From NCBI RefSeq assembly GCF_964355755.1, contig NC_092674.1, positions 11,470,001 through 11,534,000 of the forward strand: 64,000 nt of DNA, given 5' to 3'. Position 1 is the first letter of the stretch. Every line of letters begins with the position of its first letter. The stretch is from Antedon mediterranea. Its lineage: Eukaryota > Animalia > Echinodermata. Below, piece after piece: positions 36,801-50,239 of the stretch. The translations under genes were made by a program, and so were the position numbers. Under the pieces are notes generated by a model. It had not been told where the DNA came from. It worked only from the letters and a program-made list of their open reading frames with translations, and searched no databases.

Positions 36801-39800
36801 ATTGAGAGGAAAATCCAATGTTGAAATCATAAATGTTGTTAAAAAACTCTTTATAATATCTTCCTAAGATATAAATATGGAATAATAGCGTCGGCGTGCA
36901 CACTAATGTTATCAAATCTACGTTTCGCGGTACATTTCGGATAGATAAGGTAGGTATCCAAGGCGGAGATTTGTAGAGAAGTTTTTGCATTGTGCTCGCC
37001 TATGTCAGAATTAACCATAATTTATATATATAGATACACACAATGCTTTTCTATGTCTTCTGAAATACAGCCGGGATTAAGTCTGGATTTTAATAGAAAA
37101 TAAGGTAAGGTTGAATAGTACACGTCAGTAGACTACCTGTATTTTCTAGCAAAGGTCACTCGATTCTGCAGCTGTCACTAGATAGAGTCTGACTATTAAA
37201 TACTTTTAATATACGATATCTCTGTCATTAGGTTTATAATATCTACAGACAATGTATAACGTGATATGTGTATTCAGGATATCCAATACGGTAAACCGAG
37301 AACATCGCGTATTACAGGTATCTAGGTATGTATCTAAATGACTTGCAATAGTCAGTTGGACTATCTAGTTACAGCTGCAAAATCGGGTGCAAATAAGTAG
37401 ACTAGATACTACTTGAGCCGATCGTCCTGCAAATAATATAAACTATAAAATAAATATAAACTATAAAATATTTACATAACACAGGCGCACACGTCCTCTC
37501 CATATCTATAATCGGGTATCCCCACAATCTAAAGAAAACAGTAAAATAGAATATATTTATACTGTCATGCAAAATGGTATATAGAACATATATTTTGTTG
37601 GTTTTTTCCTGACTTTTTTCTAGGCTGGTCATAATTATTCTCGGATATATATTCATATTTCATTTTGTCTGTAATGTTTCCTATACTTATGTTTCGTTTC
37701 CTTAAACATTTTTGACTGGTCTTTGAATCACTATAATAATAATAATAAAACCAATCTAAAGATCTATAAAAATGAATAATGTGAACCTTGGTATTCACTT
37801 GCCTTGCATAATAACATAATTCTAACCTGAATGTTTCTAATAGCTGAATGACTCAACAGTGCTTTTTCCATTGGAAAAGGGTATATATTAAGACCACTTC
37901 TGATTATACGATCCTACAGTATAAATAAAAATCATATCAATTTAAATTTTAGAAAACGGTTAACACAATAAACGGTTAAAATATTGATCGATACAATTAT
38001 AATACATAAAAAGATAACATTTTTTTCTGTTTCAAGTTTATTGAAAGAGTTAGTGTTGATAAGAAAGCAGTACAATAATTAGCAATCGGAATATATATTA
38101 AGACTCTTCATTAATCAATAATAATTATGGTGATCAGAATAAAAAATAATTTGTAATCCATTCTACCTTCATTCTGCCTGTTATTGTAAGATATCCATCT
38201 TGATCAAGTTTGCCAATATCACTGCAATTATAGATATTAAATTTCAAATTATTTATATTTAAAATATTTTGAAAATGTTTTTCCGACAGTAGGCCTATAA
38301 ATAATATGCATCATAGTTTACCCCGTTCGGAACCATCCATCAGGTGTCATCACATCTTTTGTTTTTCTTGCATCAAAATAACCCTCAAATGCAATGTCGC
38401 TTTGTACCAATACTCGTCCTTCTTCTCCAGACTTCACTGGATGGCCACTTTCATCTACAATTTTGATCTGACAAAGTAGCATATTCAATAACTTTAATTT
38501 TACAATTGGCGTTGTTAGAGCTCAAATAGTACCGTACTCTACTATACTACACATTGTAAAATGCTGTGATCTACCATAGTTTTGATGACGCATAAAACCG
38601 AATGTCTATAATAGAACGCTTCTCATTGCGTAACAAAATAAAGACCTTCCATGGAATATGGAGTGTACAATCATCGCCTGCAATAAATGATTTCACCCAA
38701 AGAGAACAAGATAAGAGTCGTAAACTTGCTTAGCCGATTTTGTAGTTCAGACAATCAATTTCAGAACTGAAAAGCAATGAAGCGTGACGGAAAATTGCTA
38801 TGCAACAGAATAGCTTCCACGCATTTTTTAAAGAACTGGTGCGCAGGAAACTGAAATGATGCACAGAACGAAAGCTTTTAAACATCAACTATAGAATGTT
38901 GTGCAGCCATTTAACTGGAAAGCAAAACTATAGTTGTTATGACTGCACTGATTTATGCAACAAAAAAACTCATTGAAGTAAAAATGATACCTTGTTGTTT
39001 CCTATAGGTTTGCCGACTGTGTTTGATTTGTGACCTTCTTGCACAATAACGCCTGTTGCGTCAAATATTTCTGTCAATCCATACGAATTCTGAAAACATA
39101 ATTATTTCACTTTACATAATATACTTGCTCAGTCTACACTGGTGCTGTCATCATGTTTATTATATGTGCACATCAATTTTGTTGTCACATAAAATTTGAT
39201 AGTGTAGAGTAGCATATAATCAAAGAAATTAATCAATATATGTGTAGAAAATACTCACCATAACATCAATGTTCAATTTCTTTGATAGAAGAATTGCAAC
39301 TTCTGGCGGAATCGGTGATCCTGTAACAATACCTAGAACAGAAGAGTTTTTTTAAATGAATGATGTACTGGAGAAATTTATATCAATGGAACTCGTTGTT
39401 TTACAATTTAGAACGTTTTGACGTATAAACAAAAAATGATTGTGTTCTATTCAAGTTTGACTTTAAACATATGATTTTGTTATGTACTGTCCTAGTATAG
39501 TCTCAAGTGCAATAGTAGTTCAAAGTTATATTTGAAAAATAAAAAGGAATAGAAATAAATGGTGTTAATAATTTAGTATTTACCTGCTTTTAGAGACGAC
39601 AAATCATAGAGACTGAGTGTAGGGTCATAAACCAATTGAATCAACCAATTTAGGACCAACGTAATATGAGTAGCACTGCAAGACAAATAGAGTAAACTTC
39701 AAAAGATAATACAACGTTCGACTGTTGCACAAATAATGAATGTTTATAAGTTTAATTGAGGTCTTTATTGCGCACAATCTTCAATCAAGTCATGACAATA

Positions 39801-42800
39801 TTCTGTGCATACAAATACACAAAATTCAGTATTTGATTTTTTTTAAACAAGCATACTGTTTTTAAGAAAACTAATTCAATAACAGTATTTATTAATGTTT
39901 TAAATATTTATTTTAACACATCCATCCAAGGTACTCTCTACAGGTTGATTTTTGCTGTCATTTATAGGCCTGTCATAAGCTTGCCGTTGATTAGTCCCAT
40001 TGAATATTAGTGTAACCGCTGGGATAACCATTGCAACATGGAAGGTACGGAATTAAATGGTTTAAGGTTACCACTGCCACATTGTACTTGAGCTAATTAA
40101 TTATAATAATCAATGTTTTACCGTTCATCATGGATAGATTGTAACAACTTCTTGCAATCAAAAGCATCTGCTTTCGGGTATATACACGTTGAACCAATAA
40201 GAAGTGGACACACCTGCGTTTGAAAAGTTGCATCCAAAAAGGACATACTGCCACAACACACAAATTTGATTTCCTTCAATAAATATAGTACAGTTATAAA
40301 TAGGAAAAATCACAGAAGGAAAATCAGTTAATTATTATTAGCTTATAATGATGTATACAATCTACTGCTTTTATGCTAAGGATTGAATATTGCTACACTG
40401 GTTTATTTATATTATGAATGATTATATATTATTTTAATATGTTAAAGATTATATGATTTGGTCTCTAATAATACTATTGTATATGTATATAGTGTGAATC
40501 TTTTGAGGATGCATTATTTTTATTACGGCAGAAATCATGAGGATAATAAATGTTAATATTGAGATCTAAAAAGACCGTACAGCCTTAATAGATTAGGTCT
40601 TTAAAAAACGTAGAAAGGGTGTTATTCTTCTGGATTATATTGGGACTCAAGAATAACGCATCATGATCAATGTAGACATGTTTCAGTTAATTTGTACCTA
40701 ACAAAGCACAGCTATGCCATATGATAATATTTTTTTATTGTATAAAAAATAATTACCTCATTTTCATTACACAATTGGAATAGGCCACAAGTGGGGTTCA
40801 ACATCCGAAAATGTGAAAATTTTACCAGCTTTGGTGGTCCAGTTGAGCCCTGAAGTAAAATAAAAAGAACGAACTAAACTTCCTGTAAATGTATATGAAT
40901 TAAGATCACAGAAAATCTGAACACAGAAAAATGGTTGGTATTGAATAATTATATACAGTATAACCCCTTATTTAAGGCAACCTATTCAGGGGACACCCCT
41001 ACATTTAGACGAAATCCCCGTTCAGGGACATATTTTGTGAAACGAACGAAGGTAATACTATTCGAAATAAATTAAAAAGATATTATTTATCATTGTATTA
41101 AAGTGTTCATGAATATAACTATTATTATTTATATTACTATTTCTGTTTTTTGTTTTGTTTTATTGATTTTATTGATCAAATTTTGATTTGTTTAGTCTGT
41201 AAATCAACAATGTAATTATTATTACTCTGAAAGGGTCTTACGTGACAAGATTTTTTATCTTCTAGTATTGATCCTATTATGGTTTCTTTATATCAATTCT
41301 ATTTTTATCTTTTTACTATTTGTTATTGAGCTTTACTGAGCCATTGATGAAATAAATTTTGTTGACATCAATTAAGGGGACATTTTTTGATCCTGAATGT
41401 GTCCTCTTAATAGGGGTTCTACACTCTATTTGTTTGTAACCGTACGTTTATTCAGTTCGTTTCTAAATCGAGAAGCATGATACGTTCCGACAATCTATAA
41501 CTACTAATTAAGTAGAATTTAAGTAGAATTTGGAATAGTACAAACCGATGTCATTAATACACAGTAAATTTCACCAAGAGTGACCAGTTTAGAAGCTTCC
41601 TTAACCGTGTCTTCATGCCCAGCAATGTACAAGTCTTCTAAATTAGTTGTACCACTAATAAAGTACGGTAGAAATAGTAAAATGATACTTGTTAATTCTT
41701 ATAGTAAATGAAAAAGTAATATAGTGTAACTAAACGACTTCAGTAATAATATTGTGCTGTTTCTTTATTTTATTGATTCTTGATGTTTCGTCTTTTTTTT
41801 AGTTGTCTCCGGACTGTCTTCGCTTGTATTTTTATATTGGTTTGATTTTGTAATATTTCAGTTTGTGACTTTTTGATGTTCTTTTTTTATTTTTTATATT
41901 TATATAAGCAAAAAATAAAAACAAACAAACAAACTGTAGTAGGCCTTCTTTGGTCAGTTAATTGTTGTCATTTCATTATTCAATTGAAGCTAAAATATCA
42001 TCATTGCCATCTATTTAAATGTTATTAGGCCTATTGGTAAAAGACGAAAGGAACCAAATCTGCCAACTGTCAAGTCAAACCATGTTACATAAGATTTTTT
42101 TAATGGAAAATCAGTACCTTATTTGACTGTAGATTTTAAAGAATTTCATCTAACTACCAATATATGACTAGAAGTAGTGTCAATGGTTTTTTAGTTCCTA
42201 TATCTGAAACTTTTATTTATGCAGGCATGAAATAACTTTAATCAATCTATTCAGCAAATTAAAAAAAAAAGAAGTCATTTTATTTAACTTGTTTTATATT
42301 TATATTTGTTGGATTTTTTACAATCTTTATTTTAGATTATAAAGGACCCCATGTAAATAAGCTGCTAAGCTTTTTTTGGGTCATCCTGGAAATCGTCTAT
42401 AAATGTATTCACTTTGTATGTATTTTTTATAATGATTTTCAATTCAAATAAAATGCTAGTACTGTACATACCTTTGGTGATTGATATCTGTAGCTACAAC
42501 ATACTTTAAGTCAGGAAATCTTAAACCAAACAGATTGTTTTATTAGAATAATTCAGAATAGTAAGAATCATGGTTACAAGAATAATTGTTATTTCCCTGT
42601 ATACTAAATTAAGTTTCCCCGTCATTCAGTGCTCAATATACTTCCTTAATTCCCAGTGTTAAAAATGTTTCCTTTCTTGGTAACACAATTTTAGATATGA
42701 TTTCTTATTGCAAATTACCTCCATTCACAAATACCCCAAAAGAATACAATTGACTTTCACACCTAACTACTTTATTCCTGTATACTCTTTCATTCTTCAG

Positions 42801-45800
42801 AAGCACAATCGTTCATTTCCGATTGTTCAGATAGTGTTATGACACAATCATACACGTTCGTCAAGTCACAGGCATCTAGAGTTAAGCTCTGTCTAAACTA
42901 TCAAATTTGATGTGACAAAAAGATGTGATGTGCCCTATATGGACATTATGATGATTTCACTACACTATTGGCCATATCATTGTCCTATTTGGCCACATCG
43001 CACTTTTATTTGTCAAACTAGTTTTAATAGTGTAGAAAGAATTTGAGGTTCTCGCGTTTTGACCCAGTCTCAACTCGCACACCACGCATATAAAATCTCA
43101 CAGTTTCCCTCAAGTCTCAACCTTTTTTTTCAAATTACATCGGTTGTTTATTATTCAAATAAGCACTGATCATCGGACAAAACGAACACATTTACAACAT
43201 AATAGGGAAATCTCAAGCAAGCATCAACCTCAATTTGGCATTTACAGTATGCGATATCCCCTTTCCCTCTACTAAAAACATTTCCATTAATTTCCTAAAA
43301 AGTGTTCCTTGCTTTATATGTTACTGACATGTACTTCAGCTCTGTCCATGACTTTATAGTATTACTTCATTGGACAATAGTCAAGACATTTTTCTACACA
43401 AGGAAGAATTACTCTTCCCTAGTACACAGTCAATATGTAAATTCCGCATTTTATCAAGGTTTAGGCCTAGGCATACTGTACTTCAAATTTGTCATTCATG
43501 CCCCAGTAAATCTAGTGTTCATGAAGTATACATTCATTAATTGTAACTCATTCCAGTGCTTAGTTAGTTACCTTTTATGATTCCCATTGCCTCATCCAAG
43601 TATCTAAAATGTTTATTTTTTTTATTTTAACAATATTTGCCATTGTCAGGCCTACAGAACAATAAAGTATGACAAGACAATGACAATCATAAATGTTACT
43701 GCCAAAGTAATATTCTATTTACGTTAGGAACCTTTATGTATTTCCAGTGAGCATTAGTTATTGATGTGCTTAAAAAAGTGCTTGATCAAACAGCAAACAG
43801 AATTATTTACTTATTAGACATTATGCTACCAGAAGTGCTAGAGCTCAACTCTGGAATCAGTTTACAAATGTCTGTATACAGGTTTACCGGACTTCGAGTG
43901 AGAAACAAGGCCTTACATGATGTCTGAATGAAAATAAATTAAATCAATCGAATCTTTAGAGAGTAAAAAACTACTCACTCAAACTTAAGTGAATGTCTGT
44001 ATTTTCAAAAAGTTAACTGATGGATAATTATTTTGGAGTGAAGTAATGAAAAAAAACTAAATAATCGCATCTGTATAGAGTAAAAACTACTCACTCAAAC
44101 TTGGAGTGAATAATACTTTCAAATAATTAACTAAGGAATGATTCATTTTTCTCTGTAGAGAGTGAAATCTACTCATTCAAGTGAATGTCTCCACTTTCAA
44201 AGAGATATCTGAAGGATAATTCATTTTCGCGTGAAAATAATCCACTTAAAAAAAATGTCTTTTATCATTTAATTGCTTTGTGTGCATAGGCAAGTAAATA
44301 GCTTACATTAGGCCTACATTGATCACACTAAATAGTGATGGATTATTAAAGAAATATGCATAATTATTCACCTTTCGTAAAATGTCTCCTATTATGTGCA
44401 TTGGATAACCTGTTTGCAAAAACACCTGTAAAAAGACAAATGTTATGATTTTATTAATTTGGAGTATAGTAATCATATCAATTGCATATTAATATCATAT
44501 CTAAAGACCAGAAGTCTATGCCCCGAACAGAAAATATTAACAGTTCTTTATATCATGTTTGCTTCCTTACAGATTCCGGTCTGGAAAAATTGGTATAAAA
44601 ACAACTATTATAACCCAAGGGTTACAGACTTACTGTGGTTACTCCAATCGCCCGTGTTGCACCCGCGATCAGTGGCCATTCCATGTGATTATGACCAATG
44701 ATAGCTATGTAATCACCGTTACTAAGACCAATCTCAAGTAATCCAGATGCCAATTGCACCACCTAAAAGCAATTTTTAATCATTTATCAGTTTATTATTA
44801 TCATAGAAGGCTTGTTTCATCACCACCAGAACTATATGCACCAATTGTATGGATAATGGTGCCATTGTCTTAATAGTAGAGCAGTTAAGGCCATAAAAAT
44901 AGCCAAGTTGTGCACTTTATTACCAAAGCATGAAACTTGCCACAAAGTTTCTTTGATGTATATAGATTCAAAATATGGGGGGGTGCCAAGTGTCCAACGT
45001 CCGGTATGGCGGCCATCTTGATTTCAAAATGGCCACCATAAAAACAAAAAGTGTTCATATCTTGGCAACTATAAACAGTAGAGACTTGATTCTGGTGTTA
45101 AATTGTTCAAAAACCACATATTTCTATTTGCTCTAATGAAAGGTTTCGTCAAAAAATGACCGGAAATGACGTTTCTTCCAGTTTGACCTTTGACCTCTTA
45201 TCTGTATATCTCGGTAACTACTGATCATTTTCAATCGATTTTGGTGTCATTTTGTTCAGAATAGAGACATTTATATTTGTAGTAATGAAACATTTTCACA
45301 TAAAATGACTGGAAATACAATTTATAACCTTTGACATATATAATTATGTGAAGATACTGTATGTGGTTTACATTGGTATAAATGCACCTAATTTGTTTTA
45401 CCGAAATAAATGACACTTAATGCAAAAGTGACCAGGAATTTATTATTCTGAATTTTTGACTTTTGATGTGATAGGATAGGCGTAAAGTATGACAGATCAC
45501 TGAGAAACAGCAATCACTGAGCTCATGCCGACTTGTTTGCTAAACTGTGATGTGTCAATCGTTATATAAAAGTTTTGGTCCTCTCTCCTTCATCTTTTCT
45601 TTTTTTTTGTTAATGTATTATACCATATGGACAATTGTCTGAAATAAAAGTTGAATTGAATTGTTAGATGCCATTTGGAAATATTTTTGATGTAAAGTAG
45701 CATTCTTTCGTTGGCCTCTTTGATGTTGCATATGAGACAAGTTCGGAAAGTTCTCATTTTCATGAGTTAAGAGAACATCGTCTTTCAAAGTACTTACTAC

Positions 45801-48800
45801 ACAGTAGCCCTACTTTCATTAGTCAGAAACTCAGATAATTATTGGTCATTTTCGTTGCATCTAAACAAATGTACTCAATTTTTATGGTAATGAGCCTTTG
45901 CTGTAAACCATCTGAATCCTTTTCCTCGATTTTCTCTAGTCATTGATTTTTTAGCAAAATTTGTAAAAGACATCTCAATATAATTATTCAAGTAATCTTC
46001 AAATTAGTGACATGGACCTACAATATACTGTTCTGTACAAGACCTTTTTAGACATCCACCTGTGGACTTTCACTTTGAAGGTCTTGATCTCCTAATCATA
46101 CAAGAAACAATGTCTGATTTAATCAATCAAAGTAGTGGGTCCAGACCATCCACAGACAAAGAAGGGGGTATAAGACCATCCACAGACAAAGAAGGGGGTA
46201 TAAGACCATCCACAGACAAAGAAGGGGGTATAAGACCATCCACAGACAAAGAAGGGGGTATAAGACCATCAACAGACAAAGAAGGTGGTGTAAGACCATC
46301 CACACACAAAGAAGGGGGTATAAGACCATCCACAGACAAAGAAAGGGGAAGGCCATCTACAGACAAAGAAGGGGGTATAGGACCCTCCACAGACAAAGAA
46401 GAGGGTGTAAGACCATCCACTGACAAAGAAGGGGTATAGGACCACTTACAGACAAAGAAGGGGGATATAAGACCATCCACAGACAAAGAAGGGGGTGTAA
46501 GACCATCCACAGACAAAGAAGGGGGTGTAAGACCATCCACACACAAAGAAGGGGGTATAAGACCATCCACAGACAAAGAAGGGGGTGTAAGACCATCCAC
46601 ACACAAAGAAGGGGGTATAAGACCATCCACAGACAAAGAAAGGGGTGTAAGGCCATCTACAGACAAAGAAGGGGGTATAGGACCATCCACAGACAAAGAA
46701 GGGGGTGTAAGACCATCCACAGACAAAGAAGGGGGTGTAAGACCATCCACAGACAAAGAAGGGGGTATAAGACCATCCACTGACAAAGAAGGGGGTATAG
46801 GACCACTTACAGACAAAGAAGGGGGTATAAGACCATCCACAGACAGAGAGGGGGTGTAGGACCATCCACAGACAAAGAAGGGGGTGTAGGACCATCCACA
46901 GACAAAGAAGGGGATGTAGGACCATCCACAGACAAAGAAGGGGTATAAGACCATCCACAGGCAAAGAAGGGGTATAAGACCATCGACAGAGAAAGAAGGG
47001 GGTGTAAGACCATCCACAGACAAAGAAGGGGTGTAAGACCATCCACACACAAAAAAAGGGGTGTAATACCATCCACACACAAAAAAGGGGTGTAATACCA
47101 TCCACAGACAAAGAAAAGGGTGTAATACCATCAACAGACAAAGAAAAGGGTGTAATACCATCAACAGACAAAGCAAAGGGTGTAATACCATCAACAGGCA
47201 CAGAAGGGGGTATAATACCGTCCACAGACAAAGAAAGGGGTGTAAGACCATCCACAGACAAGGAAGGGGGTGTAGGACCGTCCACAGACAAAGAAGGGGG
47301 TGTAAGACCATCCAATGACAAAGAAAGGGTATAGGACCACTTACAGACAAAGAAGGGGGTATAAGACCATCCACAGAAAAAGAAGGTGGTGTAGGACCAT
47401 CCACAGACAAAGAAGGAAGTGTAGGACCATCCACAGACAAAGAAGGGGTAGAAGACCATCTACATACAAAGAAAGGGGTGTAAGACCATCCACACACAAA
47501 GAAAGGGGTGTAATACCATCAACACGCACAGATTGAGAAGGGGGTGTAAGACCATCCACAGACAAAGAATGGGGTATAAGACCATCCACAGACAAAGAAT
47601 GGGGTATAAGACCATCTACAGACAAAGAAGGAGGGGTAGGACCATATTAACCGAGGAAGCATACAAAAAGAAGATACAGTACAATCAAAATACCACTTGG
47701 AAAACAATAAATTGTAGAATAACTGAGGCTTGATTGTTGAAATATAAAGGGTTCTTTGTAAGGTCATTAATAATATATTGATATAAACACGATCATCATA
47801 CTTTTCATTTGACATTCAAATACAGTCTATCTCGAAAAGAAGCTCATACTATCACCTTTTCGAGGTTTTACGGTATTCCATAACATGTACAGTATGTTAT
47901 TTCCTCTGTCAAACTATTAAAACTTTTAGCGAATCAGAAGGTGCCAACATCATTGAACTAATGGTACCACCAAGCACAATGTTTACCAATTTTATGTACT
48001 ATATACAATTTAAGTCCATTAATCATTTAATATAATTACGCCTATCAGGTCAAAGTTCAAAGACCAACAAAAACCACATACAGTATATTCACCTAATTAA
48101 AAATCATTAAATAAATGTCAAAGGTCATAAATTGTATTTCCGGTCATTTTATGTGAAAATGTTTCATTACTACAAATATAAATGTATTTATTCTGAACAA
48201 AATGACACCAAAATCGATTGAAAATGACCAGTAGTTACAGAGATATACAAATACGAGGTCAAAGGTCAAACTGAAAGAAACGTCATTTCCGGTCATTTTT
48301 GGACGAAAATTTTCATTAGAGCAAATAGAAATATATAGTTTGTGAACAATTTGAGACCATATTTAAGTCTCTAATGTGTATAGTTGCCAAGATATGAAAA
48401 TTTTTTGTTTTTATGGTGGCCATTTTGAAATCAAGATGGCCGCCATACCGGACGTTGGACACTTGGCACCCCCCGATATTTTGAATCTATATACATTAAA
48501 GAAACTTTGTGCCAAGTTTCATGCTTTGGTAATATAATGCACAGCTCATGTCATTAACTGCTCTACTATAACCTCTCGATATTTAATTATATCAACTTTC
48601 GACTAATTCGCAATTATGATAAGACATGATACGAATGTATATGGCACAACGGCATTCGAAGGTTGTATAAGTGGCATTACAATTTCGTGTCAACAGGATT
48701 ACTTTCAACAAGTTGGGATTTTAAACTTCTATAAAATAAATGGTGACAGCTTAGAACTGTTTTTCCAAAACTGCCATTAGCTTCCAATTCACTAAGAGAA

Positions 48801-50239
48801 CAAAGTGTGTATGTCAAGTGCCAATCGCCAACTATGATCGTCTTTAATCACTTGCTTCTTCAAATAAAGTGTGCCTTCTTTAGTTATGAAGAAGCAAATT
48901 TATACTCTATGATTTTTAAAAGCAATATAATCAATCCCTGGTGTTCAGTATCCACGTTATAGGATCAAGTCCAATTATCAATATCAATTTTGACCGGTAG
49001 CATCGGTAGAGAATGTCATTTCAAAAAGCAGTAATTTAAATCTGCCATACATTATCATAATAGATTTTTTGAAAGAAACAAGATGGCATCACCTAATCTA
49101 CCCACCCAACATCTTTTAACTCGACTATTTTTATTTTTTCTGTATCAGGTCCGGATGGAATCTTCTACATGTGTAGAGGAATAATTATAATAATACATAA
49201 TGTGCATAAACATTTTACCTTTTGATGGAAATCCACAAAATTCAATCTCTCATTGTCACTAACAAACACATGCATTTCTCTGTTAGGATGCATTTTAACC
49301 CGTTCTTCTAGTAACTCATGCATGGTACTTCTGATAGCATTTTGATTACTAAAATTTTTATCATATTTCTGCATAGAAGTTTCCATTATAGATTCTAAAA
49401 AATGAATAAAACTGATTAATTTATTGTTTTTAATAAGCAAAAACCTTATTCATACAGTTCACCAATATATTGACTGAGTGGAGTTAGCTTGGTGGTTAGG
49501 ATGCTTGGCGGAGTAGACTTGTAGTTGGACCATTGTTAAAAATTATCTAGAAACACCAGAAATGTCTGGTAAGTTACAATACAATATTTATACTATGATG
49601 GTAATGTTTCTGCTTGTTATAACAATGTGTTATTGGTAATGTAAAACAATTTTTAAAAACGGAAAATATACGGTTCTTACAGTAATTGTTTAGGCTTATC
49701 CTATTATCACTATTTTCTGCTATTGTTATTCTTAAGCACCTTTTCTTCTCGGCAATTTTTCTATTTCTGCAATGATTTTTAGAGCTCGAATAGCATAAAA
49801 AGCAGCATGTAGCAGGGTTGCAAACTGAAACATACATAGCTACTAGCAATTTAAGCTGGTGTTTTCTCAAGTTTAAAAAACTGACTATATGCGTATAATA
49901 CAATTATTTTAAGTAAATAAAACATAATAATTTACATAATTTTTACTGACTCTTTATAGGCCTAGTTCTCTAAGAAATCTATAATATTCAATAACAATTT
50001 GATTTGTTTAACCTTTATAGAACCAATTTTATCTCTACAAAATCTAAAGCATTAATAATCAATCTTACTATAAGAAATCTATAAAATAAACTAATTGTTA
50101 TACAAAACCTTTGATAATGTTCGTGATCTTGCAGCAATAATGATTTCTATTCTGCTCTGCTTTACATCGAATACTTATGCCTACATTAACTGGTTAAAGC
50201 TGATAGCATTATAAAGTATAATTATTGAAACTTACCCAT
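33869..50239 (-). CDS. ACSF2-like acyl-CoA synthetase / ANL adenylating enzyme, paralog A (~557 aa, 19 coding exons, intact)
   Basis: Exons: 50239-50236, 49394-49219, 44762-44634, 44425-44372, 43923-43811, 42519-42472, 41654-41546, 40849-40757, 40273-40122, 39675-39584, 39332-39259, 39089-38991, 38467-38322, 38221-38167, 37913-37827, 37528-37476, 35456-35399, 34911-34843, 33931-33869. All GT-AG and phase-consistent. Motifs LMTSGSTGPPK, GSPIPP, YGLTE, GWFRTGD, GRMKD.IIR, PK..TGKID. The 4-bp first exon is the least certain. Confidence 0.92.
35716..37034 (-). mobile_element. Complete non-autonomous Helitron in an intron of paralog A
   Basis: A|TCTATATATATAAA at 37034 and hairpin plus CTAG|T at 35716. 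Shares the GCTCGCTTCGCTCGC loop and GATGGTTCTCG motif with 27104-29627. Confidence 0.85.
37037..37290 (-). pseudogene. Diverged duplicate of the LNPGC exon plus upstream intron (copy of ~35406-35690)
   Basis: acacaatgcttttctat.tcttct...cagcc.ggattaagtctgga, and further intron similarity up to tattcagga.atccaata. The copy has a deletion and lacks the donor. Confidence 0.75.
40956..41426. mobile_element. Tc1/mariner-pogo-type MITE
   Basis: TA|CAGTATAACCCCTTATTTAAG...GGGGACAC left end and degenerate inverted right end ...CTTAATAGGGGTTCTACACT. Confidence 0.45.
42885..43040. mobile_element. Short MITE (TIR CTCTGTCTA.ACTATCAAA); partial relative at ~39127-39210
   Basis: Inverted ends ctctgtctaaactatcaaa / ttttaatagtgtagaaaga, with a similar TTTGATAGTGTAGA end at ~39195-39208. 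Confidence 0.45.
44874..48568. mobile_element. Academ-like DNA transposon derivative with ~460-bp TIRs and 3-bp TSD (TAA)
   Basis: Ends TAGTAGAGCAGTTAA...TTAACTGCTCTACTA. 44874-~45336 is the reverse complement of ~48115-48568, with TAA on both flanks. Minus-strand relic TAKAHYHKN (~45880-45910) resembles the Academ A.YH..C motif. Confidence 0.8.
46140..47645. repeat. 30-bp minisatellite (AGACCATCCACAGACAAAGAAGGGGGT(A/G)TA)n, ~50 copies
   Basis: Directly visible tandem units. Explains all overlapping ORFs at 46062-47733. Confidence 0.97.

Noticed and set aside
43955-44235. Repeated GAGTAAAAACTACTCACTCAAACTT units
   Set aside because: Two to three degenerate copies, probably a small intronic repeat or MITE relic with no further support.
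46062-47815. Long overlapping ORFs (up to 456 aa) as membrane or repeat proteins
   Set aside because: They are artefacts of a 30-bp minisatellite that is open in several frames.
49472-49535. tRNA gene
   Set aside because: Only an A-box-like TAGCTTGGTGG with no cloverleaf or B box. At most a decayed SINE head.
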